64,000 nucleotides of DNA from Escherichia coli. Lineage in GTDB: Bacteria > Pseudomonadota > Gammaproteobacteria > Enterobacterales > Enterobacteriaceae. The stretch is taken from assembly GCF_044647545.1 (NCBI RefSeq), contig NZ_CP172818.1; one strand, given 5' to 3'. The position numbers and the translations under genes were made by a program. A model generated the notes under the pieces. It was not told the DNA's origin. It was given only the letters and a program-made list of their open reading frames with translations, and searched no databases. Of the stretch, positions 23,955 to 36,476 are shown piece after piece; positions within the stretch are counted from its first letter, which is position 1; the number at the start of each line of letters is the position of its first letter.

Positions 23955-24668
23955 TTACCCGCCTAAATACGCACTTCTCACCGCTTCGTTCGCCAGCAGC
24001 GCATCGCCGGTATCGGAGAGCACCACATGACCGTTTTCCAGAACGTAGCCGCGATCAGCGAGCTTCAGCGCCTGGTTGGCGTTCTGCTCGACGAGGAAGA
24101 TGGTCATCCCCTGCTCGCGCAGCTGCTCGATGGTGTCGAAAATTTGCTGGATGATAATCGGCGCAAGACCGAGCGATGGCTCATCAAGCAACAATAAACG
24201 CGGGTTGCTCATCAGCGCGCGCCCAATCGCCAGCATCTGCTGCTCACCGCCGGACATGGTGCCCGCCCGCTGAACACGGCGTTCATGGAGACGCGGAAAC
24301 AGTTCATACACCCACTTTATGCGTTCCTGGAACTGGTCGCGTTCGGCAAAAAAGCCGCCCATCGCCAGGTTCTCTTCCACCGTCATCCGCGAGAAAACAC
24401 GACGCCCTTCCGGAACAATCGCCACCGCTTCGCGCATGATTTTCGCTGTCTGCCAGTCGGTAATGTCTTTATCATCAAACACAATTCGCCCACTGGTGGC
24501 GCGTGGGTCGCCGCATAACGTGCCGAGCAAGGTGGTTTTCCCCGCCCCGTTCGCGCCAATCAGCGTGACAATTTCGCCCTGATTGATATGCAGGCTCACC
24601 TCATGCAGCGCCTGGATTTTGCCGTAGTGGGCGCTGACTTTGTCAAAGGACAACATGACTTTTTCCAT
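23955..24668 (-). CDS. livF: Branched-chain amino acid ABC transporter ATPase LivF
   Basis: ORF track 23955..24680; start placed at MEKVMLSFDKVSAHYGKIQAL (237 aa); Walker A GANGAGKTT. Confidence 0.92.
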   Translation of the reverse strand: MEKVMLSFDKVSAHYGKIQALHEVSLHINQGEIVTLIGANGAGKTTLLGTLCGDPRATSGRIVFDDKDITDWQTAKIMREAVAIVPEGRRVFSRMTVEENLAMGGFFAERDQFQERIKWVYELFPRLHERRVQRAGTMSGGEQQMLAIGRALMSNPRLLLLDEPSLGLAPIIIQQIFDTIEQLREQGMTIFLVEQNANQALKLADRGYVLENGHVVLSDTGDALLANEAVRSAYLGG

Positions 24669-24669
24669 C

Positions 24670-25437
24670 TTATGCCTCACCTAAATAGGCACGGATCACG
24701 TCCGGGTTATTACGGATCTGCTCCGGCGTACCGTTTGCCAGCGGCGTCCCCTGATTGACCACGTAAATTCTGTCTGAAATCCCCATCACCAGCTTCATAT
24801 CGTGTTCAATCAACAAGATAGTGGTGTTGTGATGGTTACGCAGTTCGGCAATCAGCTCATCCAGCTCTTTCGTCTCTTTCGGGTTAAGTCCTGCTGCCGG
24901 TTCGTCGAGCATTAAAATCTCCGGCTGCGTCACCATGCAGCGAGCGATCTCCAGACGGCGCTGGTCACCATAAGCCAGGTTGCTCGCCTGGCGGTTGGCG
25001 TGTTCCAGCAAACCAATGCGCTCAAGCCAGGTGGCGGCGCGGTCGAGCGCTTCACTCTGGGCGCGACGGAAAGAGGGTGTTTTCAACAGGCCGGAGAACA
25101 GCCCGGTTTTCAGTTGCTGATGCTGCGCCACCAGCAGGTTTTCAATCACCGTCATTTCACGGAACAGACGCACATGCTGGAAGGTGCGCACCACGCCCAT
25201 GCGGGCAATTTGCTGCCCCGGCAAACCTTCCAGATGCTGATCGCGCAGTAAAATAGTGCCGCCGGTGGGTTTATAGAATCCGGTCAGGCAGTTGAAGACC
25301 GTGGTTTTTCCGGCACCGTTAGGGCCGATTAACGAGACGATCTCCTGCGGGTACAGTTCAAGATTGACGTTGTTCACCGCCAGCAGGCCGCCGAAGCGCA
25401 TCATCAGGCCGTTAACAGATAATAATGGCTGACTCAT
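24670..25437 (-). CDS. livG: Branched-chain amino acid ABC transporter ATPase LivG
   Basis: ORF track 255 aa; [21 protein letters not shown]; Walker [10 protein letters not shown]. Confidence 0.93.
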   Translation of the reverse strand: MSQPLLSVNGLMMRFGGLLAVNNVNLELYPQEIVSLIGPNGAGKTTVFNCLTGFYKPTGGTILLRDQHLEGLPGQQIARMGVVRTFQHVRLFREMTVIENLLVAQHQQLKTGLFSGLLKTPSFRRAQSEALDRAATWLERIGLLEHANRQASNLAYGDQRRLEIARCMVTQPEILMLDEPAAGLNPKETKELDELIAELRNHHNTTILLIEHDMKLVMGISDRIYVVNQGTPLANGTPEQIRNNPDVIRAYLGEA

Positions 25438-26711
25438 GCCTGCTCTCCTTTCGCTGCGCCGTTCTTCAGCTTGAGTTGCGGGCGCGTCATGGGCAGCAAA
25501 CCCTGCGGACGCCAGATCATCATCAGCACCATCAAACCACCGAGCATTAACATGCTGTATTCGTTGAAATCACGCATCAACTCGCGCGATACCACCAGCA
25601 GAACTGCCGCCAGAATCACTGCAAATTGCGAGCCCATACCGCCGAGCACCACTATCGCCAGCACAAACGCCGATTCGGCAAAGGTGAAGGATTCCGGACT
25701 GACAAAGCCCTGACGCGCCGCGAACAGCGTTCCGGCAAAACCGGCAAACGCGGCACTGATGGTAAAAGCAGTCAGCTTGATACGACGCGGGCTTAAGCCC
25801 AGCGAACGACAAGCGATTTCATCTTCACGCAACGCTTCCCACGCGCGGCCCAGCGGCATCCGCAGCAGGCGGTTAATGACAAACAGGCTTAACACCACCA
25901 GCAGCAACGCCACCAGGTAGAGGAAAATGACGCGATCGGAGGGATCGTATTTCAGGCCAAAGAAATTACTGAACGTGTCCCAGCCGCCTTCGCGGGCAGT
26001 ACGACTGAACTCGAGTCCGAAGAGTGTCGGTTTGGGGATCTGACTGATTCCGTTCGGACCGCCGGTGATTTCAGTGTTATTGAGCAGCAATATGCGCACA
26101 ATTTCGCCGAAACCGAGGGTAACGATCGCCAGATAGTCACCGCGCAGACGCAACACCGGGAAGCCGAGCAGGAAGCCCGCCGCCGCCGCCATCAACCCGG
26201 CAATCGGCAGACAGGTCCAGAAGCCCAGACCGTAATAGTGATTGAGCAGCGCAAAAGTGTAAGCGCCGATGGCGTAAAAGCCGCCGTATCCCAGCACCAG
26301 CAGACCAGAAAGCCCTACCACCACGTTCAGCCCGAGACCAAGAATAATGTAGATCATGGTCAGGGTGGCGATATCCACCGTCCCGCGTGACACCATAAAC
26401 GGCCACGCCACCGCAAGCACCAGCAGCGCCACGAGGAACAGTTTCTGCTTCACCGTGGAGCCATCAATCGCGGGCAGAATAAACTTCGGCCCGGAAACGC
26501 TTTTTAGCCCTTTCTGGAAAGCCGGTCGCAAAAGCTGGAAGAAAAAGACCACCGCCGTGCCGATAAACACCCACTGCCAACGGATCTCTGAAGCCGTGTC
26601 GACCACCAGTTTGGTGCCATCCAGCTCCAGTTGCACGCCCATAAAGACGCCCGCCAGCACAAAGAACATAGCGGCAGAGAGCAGCGCCATTGCAATATGC
26701 ATCGGTTTCAT
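25434..26711 (-). CDS. livM: Branched-chain amino acid ABC transporter permease LivM
   Basis: ORF track 425 aa, polytopic; [23 protein letters not shown]. Confidence 0.93.
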   Translation of the reverse strand: MKPMHIAMALLSAAMFFVLAGVFMGVQLELDGTKLVVDTASEIRWQWVFIGTAVVFFFQLLRPAFQKGLKSVSGPKFILPAIDGSTVKQKLFLVALLVLAVAWPFMVSRGTVDIATLTMIYIILGLGLNVVVGLSGLLVLGYGGFYAIGAYTFALLNHYYGLGFWTCLPIAGLMAAAAGFLLGFPVLRLRGDYLAIVTLGFGEIVRILLLNNTEITGGPNGISQIPKPTLFGLEFSRTAREGGWDTFSNFFGLKYDPSDRVIFLYLVALLLVVLSLFVINRLLRMPLGRAWEALREDEIACRSLGLSPRRIKLTAFTISAAFAGFAGTLFAARQGFVSPESFTFAESAFVLAIVVLGGMGSQFAVILAAVLLVVSRELMRDFNEYSMLMLGGLMVLMMIWRPQGLLPMTRPQLKLKNGAAKGEQA

Positions 26712-27634
26712 ACTTTCTCTACCTCCGGGCGACCCAGAATACCGGTCGGCATCACCAGCAACACCAGAATCAGCAGGGCGAATGAGACCACATCTTTATA
26801 TTCCGTACTCAGATAGGCAGAAGAGAGCGCCTCCGCAATCCCCAGGATCAGCCCGCCAATCATCGCCCCCGGAATGCTGCCAATCCCACCGAGCACCGCA
26901 GCGGTAAAGGCTTTCATCCCGGCCATAAAGCCGATGTAGGGGTTAATTACGCCGTAGAACTGACCGAGCAGCACACCCGCCACCGCCGCCATCGCCGCGC
27001 CAATCACAAAGGTCAGCGCAATCACCCGATCGGTGTTGATGCCAAGCAGGCTCGCCATTTTCAGATCTTCCGCGCAGGCACGACAGGCGCGCCCCATGCG
27101 GGAATAGCGAATGAAAATCGTCAGCGCCAGCATGGCGAGGAAAGTAACAATCCAGATCACCGCCTGCATGGTGGTAATAGAGGCAGAGAAGTTTTCGCTA
27201 TGCCCCACCACCCACTGACCGTTAAACAGACTGGGCAGCGCCACGTCGCGCGAACCTTCGGTCAGGCTGACATAGTTTTGCAGGAAGATGGACATACCGA
27301 TTGCAGAAATGAGGGCAATCAGGCGCTTGGAGTTGCGCACCGGGCGATAGGCCACCCGTTCGATACTCCAACCGTAGGCGCTGGCAATGACGATTGCGCC
27401 AACGAATCCCGCCGCCACCAGCAGCCAGCCGGTATCAATTCCCAGCATCATCAGTGCAGCGATGATCATAAAGGAGACGTAGCTGCCGATCATATAAACC
27501 TCACCGTGGGCGAAGTTGATCATGCCGATAATGCCGTAAACCATGGTGTAGCCGATGGCTATCAGCGCGTAGGTACTGCCCAGCGTGACGCCGTTAAACA
27601 TCTGCTGCAAGAAATACAAAAACTGCTCAGACAT
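26708..27634 (-). CDS. livH: Branched-chain amino acid ABC transporter permease LivH
   Basis: ORF track 308 aa; [34 protein letters not shown]. Confidence 0.93.
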   Translation of the reverse strand: MSEQFLYFLQQMFNGVTLGSTYALIAIGYTMVYGIIGMINFAHGEVYMIGSYVSFMIIAALMMLGIDTGWLLVAAGFVGAIVIASAYGWSIERVAYRPVRNSKRLIALISAIGMSIFLQNYVSLTEGSRDVALPSLFNGQWVVGHSENFSASITTMQAVIWIVTFLAMLALTIFIRYSRMGRACRACAEDLKMASLLGINTDRVIALTFVIGAAMAAVAGVLLGQFYGVINPYIGFMAGMKAFTAAVLGGIGSIPGAMIGGLILGIAEALSSAYLSTEYKDVVSFALLILVLLVMPTGILGRPEVEKV

Positions 27635-27681
27635 AAGGTAACCTTTCTAAACCCGCCCGTTTTTCACGGGCAGTGGGATGA

Positions 27682-28791
27682 TCACTTGGCTGCCGTGGAT
27701 GAACCGTCGGCGTGCCACTGGAAGACACCAAAATCAAATCCCTTAAGATCGCCTTTTTCATCCCAGTTCAGCGGCCCAATTACGGTGTTTGCACCGTTAG
27801 CTTTTAAATCTTTCACCAGCGCCAGCGGCTCATCGCTGCCGGTACGCTCAAGTGCAGTCGCCAGAGATTGCACCGCCGCGTAAGTGATCCAGACATATGG
27901 CCCGGACGGATCTTTCTTGTCTGCTTTCAGCGCATCAACGATGTCCTGATTTGCCGGATCCTGGTCATAGCGTTTTGGCATAGTGACCAACATGCCTTCG
28001 GCAGCATCGCCAGCAATATTCGACAACGACGCATTACCCACACCTTCCGGCCCCATAAACTGGGTTTTCAGGCCAACGGAACGGGCCTGGCGCAGCATCT
28101 GCCCCATTTCCGGGTAGTAACCGCCGTAGTAAACGAAGTCGATGTTTTCTTTTTTCAGGCGGGCGATCAGCGCGGAGAAATCTTTCTCTCCAGCGGTAAT
28201 GCCGTCGAAGAAGACGACGTTGGCGTTAGCCGCTTTCAGCCCGTCCTGCACCGAACGTGCCAGTCCTTCGCCATACTGTTGTTTGTCGTGAATGATGGCG
28301 ATGCGCTGGGGCTTCACCGTCTCAAGAATGTATTTTGCCGCCGTTGGCCCCTGGGAAGAGTCCAGCCCGGCAGTACGCATGATGTATTGATAACCGCGTT
28401 GGGTCAGCTCCGGATTGGTCGCTCCCGGCGAGATCATCAGAATACCTTCGTCTTCATAGATATCTGATGCAGGTTGGGTAGAGGAGGAACACAGATGACC
28501 AATAACATATTTAATGCCGTCGTTAACGATTTTGTTGGCGACCGCAACGGCTTGTTTCGGGTCGCAGGCGTCGTCATATTCCACGCCAACCAGTTTATCA
28601 CCCTTAATTCCCCCTTTGGCATTAATGTCTTTAATTGCCTGACGCGCGCCGTTAAATTCCATATCGCCCCACTGGGCAATCGGGCCGGACATCGCGCCGA
28701 CAACGGCGACTTTAATATCGTCAGCCATAGCGGTGTGTGAAATTGTCAGTGCAATCATCCCTGCGATGATAGTTTTCGCATTCCGTTTCAT
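27682..28791 (-). CDS. livK: Leucine-specific periplasmic binding protein LivK
   Basis: ORF track 27682..28845; start placed at [23 protein letters not shown] signal peptide (369 aa). Confidence 0.9.
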   Translation of the reverse strand: MKRNAKTIIAGMIALTISHTAMADDIKVAVVGAMSGPIAQWGDMEFNGARQAIKDINAKGGIKGDKLVGVEYDDACDPKQAVAVANKIVNDGIKYVIGHLCSSSTQPASDIYEDEGILMISPGATNPELTQRGYQYIMRTAGLDSSQGPTAAKYILETVKPQRIAIIHDKQQYGEGLARSVQDGLKAANANVVFFDGITAGEKDFSALIARLKKENIDFVYYGGYYPEMGQMLRQARSVGLKTQFMGPEGVGNASLSNIAGDAAEGMLVTMPKRYDQDPANQDIVDALKADKKDPSGPYVWITYAAVQSLATALERTGSDEPLALVKDLKANGANTVIGPLNWDEKGDLKGFDFGVFQWHADGSSTAAK

Positions 28792-29214
28792 AGTCAAAAA
28801 TCCCCATTCGTGATGTTGTGTTGCTTTGTTTTTATGTGTTAACAAATCAGACTGTTCTTTTTTTATACTGCACTGTTTTTACCTGTCTGATTAAGGGTTT
28901 AGCGCAGTATTTTGTGATGATAGCGATTAAAATCCCTATTTTTCAGTCGATTAATAACAGATAATATTCTGAATTTATTGATAGATAAACAGAAAAAAGC
29001 GCCGTTGTCAGCATAAAATAACGGTACAAAGGGCAGAATAATTCACTACCATTTAGGGGATTATGCTGGATATTTTTCATTCTCTAATGTTTTAACTTTG
29101 TAATTATTGCTGAAAAAAAATTAATCACCTGCCAAAAGAAATAAAAAAGAGAAAGCCTCCGATTAAATTATTTCGCTACACTGGTTCCACTTTTGTGATT
29201 TACACGGGTTCCCC

Positions 29215-29598
29215 ATGAAGCTGACCATCATTCGATTAGAAAACTTTAGCGACCAGGACCGGATTGACCTGCAAAAGATCTGGCCGGAATATTCCCCTTC
29301 CTCTTTACAGGTTGACGATAACCACCGCATCTACGCCGCGCGTTTTAACGAGCGCCTGCTCGCGGCCGTGCGGGTAACCTTAAGCGGCACTGAGGGGGCA
29401 CTGGATTCCCTGCGCGTGCGGGAAGTCACCCGCCGTCGCGGTGTGGGGCAATATCTGCTGGAAGAGGTTTTGCGTACCAATCCTGGCGTTTCATGTTGGT
29501 GGATGGCGGATGCTGGCGTGGAAGATCGCGGCGTGATGACGGCGTTTATGCGAGCACTGGGATTTACGGCACAACAGGGTGGCTGGGAGAAGCGTTAA
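29215..29598 (+). CDS. panM: PanD maturation factor PanM/PanZ (GNAT fold, formerly YhhK)
   Basis: ORF track 127 aa; MKLTIIRLENFSDQDRIDLQKIWPEY; position between livK and livJ. Confidence 0.85.
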   Translation: MKLTIIRLENFSDQDRIDLQKIWPEYSPSSLQVDDNHRIYAARFNERLLAAVRVTLSGTEGALDSLRVREVTRRRGVGQYLLEEVLRTNPGVSCWWMADAGVEDRGVMTAFMRALGFTAQQGGWEKR

Positions 29599-29627
29599 TC
29601 GTCAAGTTTGATTTCACAAGTGATATT

Positions 29628-29727
<100 letters not shown>

Positions 29728-29785
29728 TGAAGCAACGTACTCGATATTAGCAATTTGGCGGCAACCCAAAGTTGCCGATTAATGA

Positions 29786-30889
29786 TTACTTCGCATCGGT
29801 CGCCGTGCCGTTGGCGTGCCAGTCAAATACGCCGAACTCAAAGCCTTTCAGATCGCCTTTCTCATCCCAGCTAAGCGGCCCCATCACCGTATCAACCGAG
29901 TTCGCTTTCAGGTATTTAGCGATCTCCGCCGGATCGTCAGACTGATTCAGCCCCGCTTGCAAAGATTGCAGCGCGGCGTAGGTGGTCCAGACGAACGCGC
30001 CGCTTGGGTCCTGTTTTTTCGCTTTGATCGCGTCAACAATCGGTTTGTTCGCCGGAACCTGATCGTAGTTCTTCGGCTTGGTCACCAGCAGCCCTTCCGC
30101 TGATTCGCCTGCAATGTTAGACAGCGAGACGTTAGCCACGCCTTCCGGCCCCATAAACTGAGTTTTCAACCCTGCCGCGCGTGCCTGACGCAGGATTTGC
30201 CCCATTTCCGGGTGATAACCACCGTAGTAAACGAAGTCGATATTCTCTTTCTTCAAACGCGCCACCAGGGTAGAGAAATCTTTTTCCCCAGCGGTGATAC
30301 CATCAAAGAACACCACGTTAGCATTGCCTTTCTTCAGGCCGTCCTGCACCGCACGCGCCAGACCTTCGCCGTACTGCTGTTTGTCGTGGACGATAGCAAT
30401 ACGCTGCGGTTTCACTTTCTCAAGAATATATTTCGCCGCCGTCGGCCCCTGGTCGGAGTCCAGGCCGGTAGTGCGCAGGATCAGCTGATAGCCACGGGCG
30501 GTCAGCTCTGGCGCGGTTGCCGCTGGGGTGATCATTAAAATGCCTTCATCTTCATAGATGTCTGACGCTGGCTGCGTTGATGAAGAACAGAGGTGACCAA
30601 TCACATATTTAATGCCGTCGTTAACGACTTTGTTCGCCACCGCAACCGCCTGTTTCGGGTCACAGGCATCGTCATATTTCACGATTTGCAGTTTGTTGCC
30701 TTTGATACCACCTTTAGCATTGATATCCGCAACCGCCTGCTCAGCACCAGTAAACTCCTGGTCACCGTACTGCGCCACCGGACCGGACATTGCGCCTACG
30801 ACGGCGACTTTAATATCTTCTGCCAGAGCCATATTGCTGAATGCCAGCGCGATACATCCTGCCAGTAACGCTTTACCCTTTATGTTCAT
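29786..30889 (-). CDS. livJ: Leu/Ile/Val periplasmic binding protein LivJ
   Basis: ORF track 29786..30946; start placed at [23 protein letters not shown] (367 aa); paralogous to LivK. Confidence 0.9.
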   Translation of the reverse strand: MNIKGKALLAGCIALAFSNMALAEDIKVAVVGAMSGPVAQYGDQEFTGAEQAVADINAKGGIKGNKLQIVKYDDACDPKQAVAVANKVVNDGIKYVIGHLCSSSTQPASDIYEDEGILMITPAATAPELTARGYQLILRTTGLDSDQGPTAAKYILEKVKPQRIAIVHDKQQYGEGLARAVQDGLKKGNANVVFFDGITAGEKDFSTLVARLKKENIDFVYYGGYHPEMGQILRQARAAGLKTQFMGPEGVANVSLSNIAGESAEGLLVTKPKNYDQVPANKPIVDAIKAKKQDPSGAFVWTTYAALQSLQAGLNQSDDPAEIAKYLKANSVDTVMGPLSWDEKGDLKGFEFGVFDWHANGTATDAK

Positions 30890-31104
30890 CCTGAGAATCC
30901 CCACTCTTCTGGTTATTACGTGTGTTGTGATGTTGTTGTGCAGCACTTTATTTCGTTTTATACGTAGCTACCCGTGCTTTAGCAGCATACTCTGCTAAAA
31001 CATACCCCATTTTTATGATATTGGAATAGCTATTTTGACAGTTTATTAACAATCTGCGTGGGGATTGGCGTTTTGCCGGAGGGGGAAACTGATTATTGTA
31101 GAGG

Positions 31105-31139
31105 CCCAAAAAACAAAAACCCCGGACTCTCATCCAGGG
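31105..31139 (-). terminator. Rho-independent terminator of rpoH
   Basis: Minus strand CCCTGGA-tgagag-TCCGGGG stem-loop (7 bp with one G-U pair) followed by TTTTTGTTTTTT, 20-55 nt downstream of the rpoH stop. Confidence 0.65.
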
Positions 31140-31160
31140 TTCTCTGCTTAATAGCGGAAA

Positions 31161-32015
31161 TTACGCTTCAATGGCAGCGCGAAGTTTTTTCATCGCGTTC
31201 TTTTCCAGCTGACGCACACGCTCAGCGGAAACGCCGTAACGGTCAGCCAGCTCCTGCAACGTGGACTTGTTGTCTTCGTCCAGCCAGCGCGCGCGGATGA
31301 TATCCTGACTACGCTCGTCCAGACCTTGCATCGCGTCGGTCAGACGGTTTGCCGCCTGCTCTTCCCAGTTATCATCTTCGATGCCGTCGGCAAAGTTAGA
31401 TGATTTATCCTGCAGATAGAGCACCGGAGCCATCGGCTGGCTGTCGGAATCGTCGTCGGAAGACAGGTCAAAGGTCATGTCCTGTGCCGCCATACGCGAT
31501 TCCATCTCACGTACGTCTTTGCTGGTTACGCCCAGTTCACGGGCCACCATTTCGACTTCATCCTGGTTAAACCAGCCCAGACGCTGCTTAGTTTTACGCA
31601 GGTTGAAGAACAGTTTGCGTTGCGCTTTGGTGGTCGCAACTTTGACGATACGCCAGTTACGCAGGACGTATTCGTGGATCTCTGCTTTGATCCAGTGAAC
31701 GGCGAAGGAGACCAGGCGCACACCCACTTCCGGGTTAAAACGGCGCACTGCTTTCATCAGGCCGATGTTACCTTCCTGAATCAAATCCGCCTGTGGCAGG
31801 CCATAGCCCGCATAATTACGAGCAATATGAACAACAAACCGCAGGTGAGACAGGATCAGCGTTTTAGCTGCTTCCAGATCGCCATGGTAATGCAGCTTTT
31901 CAGCCAGCGCCCGCTCCTCGTCAGCCGACAACATCGGCCACGCGTTAGCTGCCCGGATGTAGGAATCCAGGTTGCCAACTGGGGCTAAAGCTAAACTTTG
32001 CATTTTGTCAGTCAT
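31161..32015 (-). CDS. rpoH: Heat-shock sigma factor sigma-32 RpoH
   Basis: ORF track 284 aa; [29 protein letters not shown]; RpoH box QRKLFFNLR. Confidence 0.96.
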   Translation of the reverse strand: MTDKMQSLALAPVGNLDSYIRAANAWPMLSADEERALAEKLHYHGDLEAAKTLILSHLRFVVHIARNYAGYGLPQADLIQEGNIGLMKAVRRFNPEVGVRLVSFAVHWIKAEIHEYVLRNWRIVKVATTKAQRKLFFNLRKTKQRLGWFNQDEVEMVARELGVTSKDVREMESRMAAQDMTFDLSSDDDSDSQPMAPVLYLQDKSSNFADGIEDDNWEEQAANRLTDAMQGLDERSQDIIRARWLDEDNKSTLQELADRYGVSAERVRQLEKNAMKKLRAAIEA

Positions 32016-32108
32016 TCAAATCCTCTCAATCGATATCTTCTGGCGCTTCAGTGGTAGCAACAACTGTGCCAGAGCTTAAGAGCAACGAGGTTATCATTCA
32101 CTGTTTTA

Positions 32109-32135
32109 TCAGACAGTGATTTTATCCACAAGTTC
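32109..32135 (-). promoter_or_regulatory. Sigma-E-dependent promoter of rpoH (P3)
   Basis: Minus strand GAACTT-N16-TCTGA matches the sigma-E -35/-10 consensus; located about 100 bp upstream of the rpoH start. Confidence 0.65.
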
Positions 32136-32259
32136 AATGCAACGCTGTGAATAAATTACGCACAAAATGTGACATAGAGATGAAATACCGGGAAGAGACA
32201 ACGGGGTCTCTTTCCCTGCTACGGAACCCATTGCAGGGAAAGAGTATAACACGCTTTTA

Positions 32260-33318
32260 TTATTCAGGCGTAAAGTGGCGTAAATGTTGTACCGTGGCAA
32301 GCCACGCTGCCACCCAGCCAATCATCGAGCATACCAGCAGCAATAGCAGGCATTCATCGAACGATAAGCCATTGATATCAAACTTTGTTCCGAAAACCTG
32401 TGCCACTTCCGCAACCGCCGATGACAAACGCAGTACCAGAATTTCTGACAAAATTAGTGACAACAATGCGCCAGAAAATCCCAGCAATGCGCCTCCGTAC
32501 AGGAACGGGCGCAGGATGAAACCATCCGTCGCACCAATCAGTTTCTGCACGTTAATGGAGTCACGGCGAGCAAAGATACTCAGGCGCACACTGTTACCGA
32601 TGACGAGGAACACTGCTGCCACCATCAACACGCCGATCATCGCGGAAACGCGCCCGACCAGCCCGGTTAACGCCGCCAGACGGGCAAACCAGCTGTCATC
32701 CATCCGCACTTCGTCAATGCCATTGATCTGGGTGATACGATCACGCAGCGTATTCAGTGATTCCGTCCCCTGAAAATCGAGTTTCGGGATCACCACCGCC
32801 ACTGCCGGAAGCGGGTTTTCTTCCAGCATATCCAGCGCACCACCAAAACCAGACCAGTTACGGAACTCGCCCAGTGCGTCTTCACGAGAAAGATAATTCA
32901 CTTTCTCCACGCCTTGCTCGGCCTGCAACTGTGCCACCACGCCCGCAGCGGCGTCATCGTCCAGCGTTTTTTGCAGATAAACAGTGATTTGCGGTGACGG
33001 ATAATATTGCGTCGCCGCCTGGTTAACGTTTTTGTACACCATATAACAGACGCTGGGCAGCGTCAGGGAGATGGCGATAACCATCACCGTTAAAAACGTG
33101 GCGAACGGTTTGCTTTTCAGATCCTGCAATGCGCCGTGGAAGGCATAGCGCACCTGTTCGTTGAAAACGTTGGTTTTGCGATTTACCGGTTTTGGCGAGG
33201 ATTTCGCCCGTTTTGGCGCGTTACGACCGCCGTCGCCAGAGCCGCCGACCGATTTACGGAAGCGATCCAGACGCCCGCCAAACTGCCGAATATGATTGAT
33301 TGCATCGCGCTTATTCAT
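32260..33318 (-). CDS. ftsX: Cell-division ABC-transporter-like permease FtsX
   Basis: ORF track 32260..33345; start placed at [20 protein letters not shown] (352 aa). Confidence 0.92.
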
Positions 33319-33979
33319 GGCCCACGCCTCCATGCAAGTGACCATCGCTCAGGGTGAGCATGCGATAGGAACGCCGCGAGATCAGGTTGATGTCGTGCGT
33401 TGCCATCAATACGGTTACCCCAACGCGGTTAAACTCTTCAAACAGACGTAAAATGCCTTCCGACAGCGCGTCGTCCAGGTTACCAGTCGGTTCGTCCGCC
33501 AGCAGTACCGCGGGCTTGTTCACCACCGCGCGGGCAATGCCAACACGCTGTTGTTCACCGCCGGAAAGCTGAATAGGGAAGTTCTTCGCTTTGTCCAGTA
33601 GCCCGACTTTATCCAGCGCCGCCGACACCCGGCGACGAATGTCATCACCGCTGGCACCGGCGATAATCAGCGGGATCGCCACGTTATCATAGACAGTACG
33701 GTCCATCAGTAGATGGTGATCCTGGAAAATCATGCCAATCTGGCGGCGCAGAAACGGAACTTCACGGTTTTTCAGACGCGTGATGTCATGGCCGCTAAAC
33801 CAGATTTTCCCGGCGCTGGGCCGCTCAATCCCACAGATCAGCTTCAGGAGGGTACTTTTCCCTGCGCCGGAATGACCGGTCAGAAACGCCATCTCACCCG
33901 GCTGCATATGGAACGTAACGCCCTGCAGCGCCTGTCTCCCACCGAGATAAGCCTTGCTGACATGTTCAAAGCGAATCAT
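33311..33979 (-). CDS. ftsE: Cell-division ATPase FtsE
   Basis: ORF track 222 aa; [21 protein letters not shown]; Walker [10 protein letters not shown]. Confidence 0.95.
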
Positions 33980-33981
33980 TG

Positions 33982-35469
33982 TTAATCCTCTCGGGCAAAA
34001 AGTGCCTCTATAAAGTCGTCCGCCTTAAACGGACGCAAATCCTCAATACGTTCGCCGACACCAATGTAGCGGATAGGGATACCAAACTGGTCAGCCACCG
34101 AGAAAATTACCCCGCCTTTCGCCGTGCCGTCCAGTTTCGTTAGCGTGATGCCGGTTAAGCCAACGGCTTCGTGGAACAGTTTGGCCTGGCTTACCGCATT
34201 CTGCCCGGTGCTGGCATCGATGGTCAGCATAACTTCATGCGGAGCTTCAACGTCGAGTTTCTTCATCACGCGGACGATTTTCTTCAACTCTTCCATCAGG
34301 TGCGATTTGTTCTGCAGGCGTCCGGCGGTATCGGCAATCAGGACGTCGATGTTACGCGCTTTAGCGGCCTGAATGGCATCGAAGATAACAGAAGCGGAAT
34401 CCGCACCGGTATGCTGGGCAATCACCGGAATATTGTTGCGCTGACCCCAGACCTGAAGCTGTTCAACCGCTGCTGCACGGAAAGTATCGCCCGCCGCCAG
34501 CATCACCGATTTACCCTGCTGCTCAAACTGACGTGCCAGCTTACCAATCGTCGTGGTTTTACCCACACCGTTGACGCCCACCATCAGGATCACGAACGGC
34601 GTTTTACCTTCAACATTCAGCGGCTCATCGACTTTCGCCAGAATCTCGCCCATCTCTTCTTTCAGCAGGCCATAGAGCGCCTCGGCATCACGAAGCTGCT
34701 TGCGGGATGCGCCTTCTGTCAGATTGGTGATAATTTTACGTGTGGTTTCCACGCCCACATCGGCGATCAACAGCTGTTCTTCCAGCTCTTCAAACAGATC
34801 ATCGTCGATTTTTTTACCGCGGAACAGGCTGATAAATCCGGAACCGAGATTTTCTTTGGTTTTTAACAGGCTGCGTTTCAGGCGCGCGAAGAAACCTTCT
34901 TTGGTCGGTTTTTCCTGCTCCTGAGCGATTTCTTCCACCGGCTGCTCTTCTTCTGCCGGAGGAACCACTATCACCGCCTCTTCGGCAGCCAGCGCCTGTG
35001 CTTCCAGCTCTTCGTCGGTGATTTCTTCTTTAGCCGCTTCTTCTTCCGCCGCTTCGACAATCTCTACGGTTTCCGCTTCGGCCTGCCACTCTTCTGGCGA
35101 AACCTCTTCGGCGTTGACGTCTTCCGGCAACGGCAGTTCTTCACGCTCGATAGCCACTGGCTCCGGCGTTTCTTCTGCGACCAGTTCCGGCTGTGCAACG
35201 ACTTCCGCTTCAGGCTGCGCTTTTTCACTTTCAGCAACCTGTTCAGTAACTTCCACAACGTCGGCAGCAAAAGTTTCCGCCTCGGCTTCAGTATGCGCCT
35301 GCGGCTGCTCTTCAACGGCTTGTTCAGAAGCCTTCACAGGCTCTTGCGCCTGAACGATTTCTTCTACAACTGGTTGTTCATTCTGAACTTCTGTCTCTTT
35401 TTCCGGGGTCTGCTCTTTTTGACCAAAGCCCAGCCAGGAAAAAAAGCCACGTTTTTTTTCTTTCGCCAT
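33982..35469 (-). CDS. ftsY: Signal recognition particle receptor FtsY
   Basis: ORF track 495 aa; acidic N-terminal domain then SRP GTPase with GVNGVGKTT and DTAGR motifs. Confidence 0.95.
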   Translation of the reverse strand: MAKEKKRGFFSWLGFGQKEQTPEKETEVQNEQPVVEEIVQAQEPVKASEQAVEEQPQAHTEAEAETFAADVVEVTEQVAESEKAQPEAEVVAQPELVAEETPEPVAIEREELPLPEDVNAEEVSPEEWQAEAETVEIVEAAEEEAAKEEITDEELEAQALAAEEAVIVVPPAEEEQPVEEIAQEQEKPTKEGFFARLKRSLLKTKENLGSGFISLFRGKKIDDDLFEELEEQLLIADVGVETTRKIITNLTEGASRKQLRDAEALYGLLKEEMGEILAKVDEPLNVEGKTPFVILMVGVNGVGKTTTIGKLARQFEQQGKSVMLAAGDTFRAAAVEQLQVWGQRNNIPVIAQHTGADSASVIFDAIQAAKARNIDVLIADTAGRLQNKSHLMEELKKIVRVMKKLDVEAPHEVMLTIDASTGQNAVSQAKLFHEAVGLTGITLTKLDGTAKGGVIFSVADQFGIPIRYIGVGERIEDLRPFKADDFIEALFARED

Positions 35470-35618
35470 TTGCGACTACACTCCTCGCTGTTGCTTCATG
35501 GCACAGCGTTAACGCTATGTACATAGCAGCTAAAAAAATGATGAAATAGTCTATCACTTAACTTAATTCACATCACCGCCTGCAAGTATGTGTTATCTGG
35601 CGGATTGAGCAATTTATC

Positions 35619-36215
35619 ATGAAAAAACCGAATCATTCCGGCAGCGGCCAAATCCGCATTATTGGCGGGCAGTGGCGAGGCCGTAAACTCCCGGTTCCTG
35701 ATAGCCCAGGTCTGCGCCCCACCACCGACCGCGTACGCGAAACGTTGTTTAACTGGCTGGCTCCGGTCATTGTTGACGCCCAATGTCTGGATTGCTTCGC
35801 CGGAAGCGGCGCGCTGGGGCTGGAAGCGTTATCGCGCTACGCTGCGGGGGCCACGTTGATTGAGATGGATCGTGCGGTTTCTCAGCAGTTAATTAAGAAT
35901 CTGGCGACACTAAAAGCAGGCAATGCACGCGTGGTGAACAGCAACGCGATGTCATTCCTGGCGCAAAAAGGCACACCGCATAATATCGTGTTTGTCGATC
36001 CACCGTTCCGCCGTGGATTGTTAGAAGAGACGATAAATTTACTGGAAGATAACGGCTGGCTGGCTGACGAAGCCCTGATTTATGTCGAAAGCGAAGTCGA
36101 AAACGGTCTGCCCACTGTTCCGGCGAACTGGTCATTACATCGGGAAAAAGTGGCGGGTCAGGTGGCTTATCGGCTGTATCAACGCGAAGCACAAGGAGAA
36201 AGTGATGTTGATTAA
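35619..36215 (+). CDS. rsmD: 16S rRNA m2G966 methyltransferase RsmD
   Basis: ORF track 198 aa; MKKPNHSGSGQIRIIGGQWRGRKLPV; SAM-binding DCFAGSGALGLEALSR; DPPF motif. Confidence 0.92.
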   Translation: MKKPNHSGSGQIRIIGGQWRGRKLPVPDSPGLRPTTDRVRETLFNWLAPVIVDAQCLDCFAGSGALGLEALSRYAAGATLIEMDRAVSQQLIKNLATLKAGNARVVNSNAMSFLAQKGTPHNIVFVDPPFRRGLLEETINLLEDNGWLADEALIYVESEVENGLPTVPANWSLHREKVAGQVAYRLYQREAQGESDVD

Positions 36216-36474
36216 TATTGGACGTTTGTTAATGCTCTGCGTTTGGGGATTTTTAATCCTCAACCTGGTGCATCCCTTCCCGCGTCCGCTGAATATTTTT
36301 GTTAACGTGGCGCTGATTTTTACCGTGCTGATGCATGGTATGCAGCTGGCGCTATTGAAATCCACTTTGCCGAAAGATGGCCCGCAGATGACCACCGCCG
36401 AAAAGGTGCGGATTTTCCTTTTCGGCGTGTTTGAACTGCTGGTCTGGCAGAAGAAATTTAAAGTTAAAAAATAA
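36205..36474 (+). CDS. yhhL: Small membrane protein YhhL (DUF1145)
   Basis: ORF track 36082..36474; start placed at MLINIGRLLMLCVWGFLILNLV (89 aa); overlaps rsmD end by 11 nt. Confidence 0.8.
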   Translation: MLINIGRLLMLCVWGFLILNLVHPFPRPLNIFVNVALIFTVLMHGMQLALLKSTLPKDGPQMTTAEKVRIFLFGVFELLVWQKKFKVKK

Positions 36475-36476
36475 CC

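Noticed and set aside
34171-34866. 231-aa plus-strand ORF antisense to ftsY
   Set aside because: Shadow ORF within ftsY, which is confidently identified by SRP GTPase motifs.
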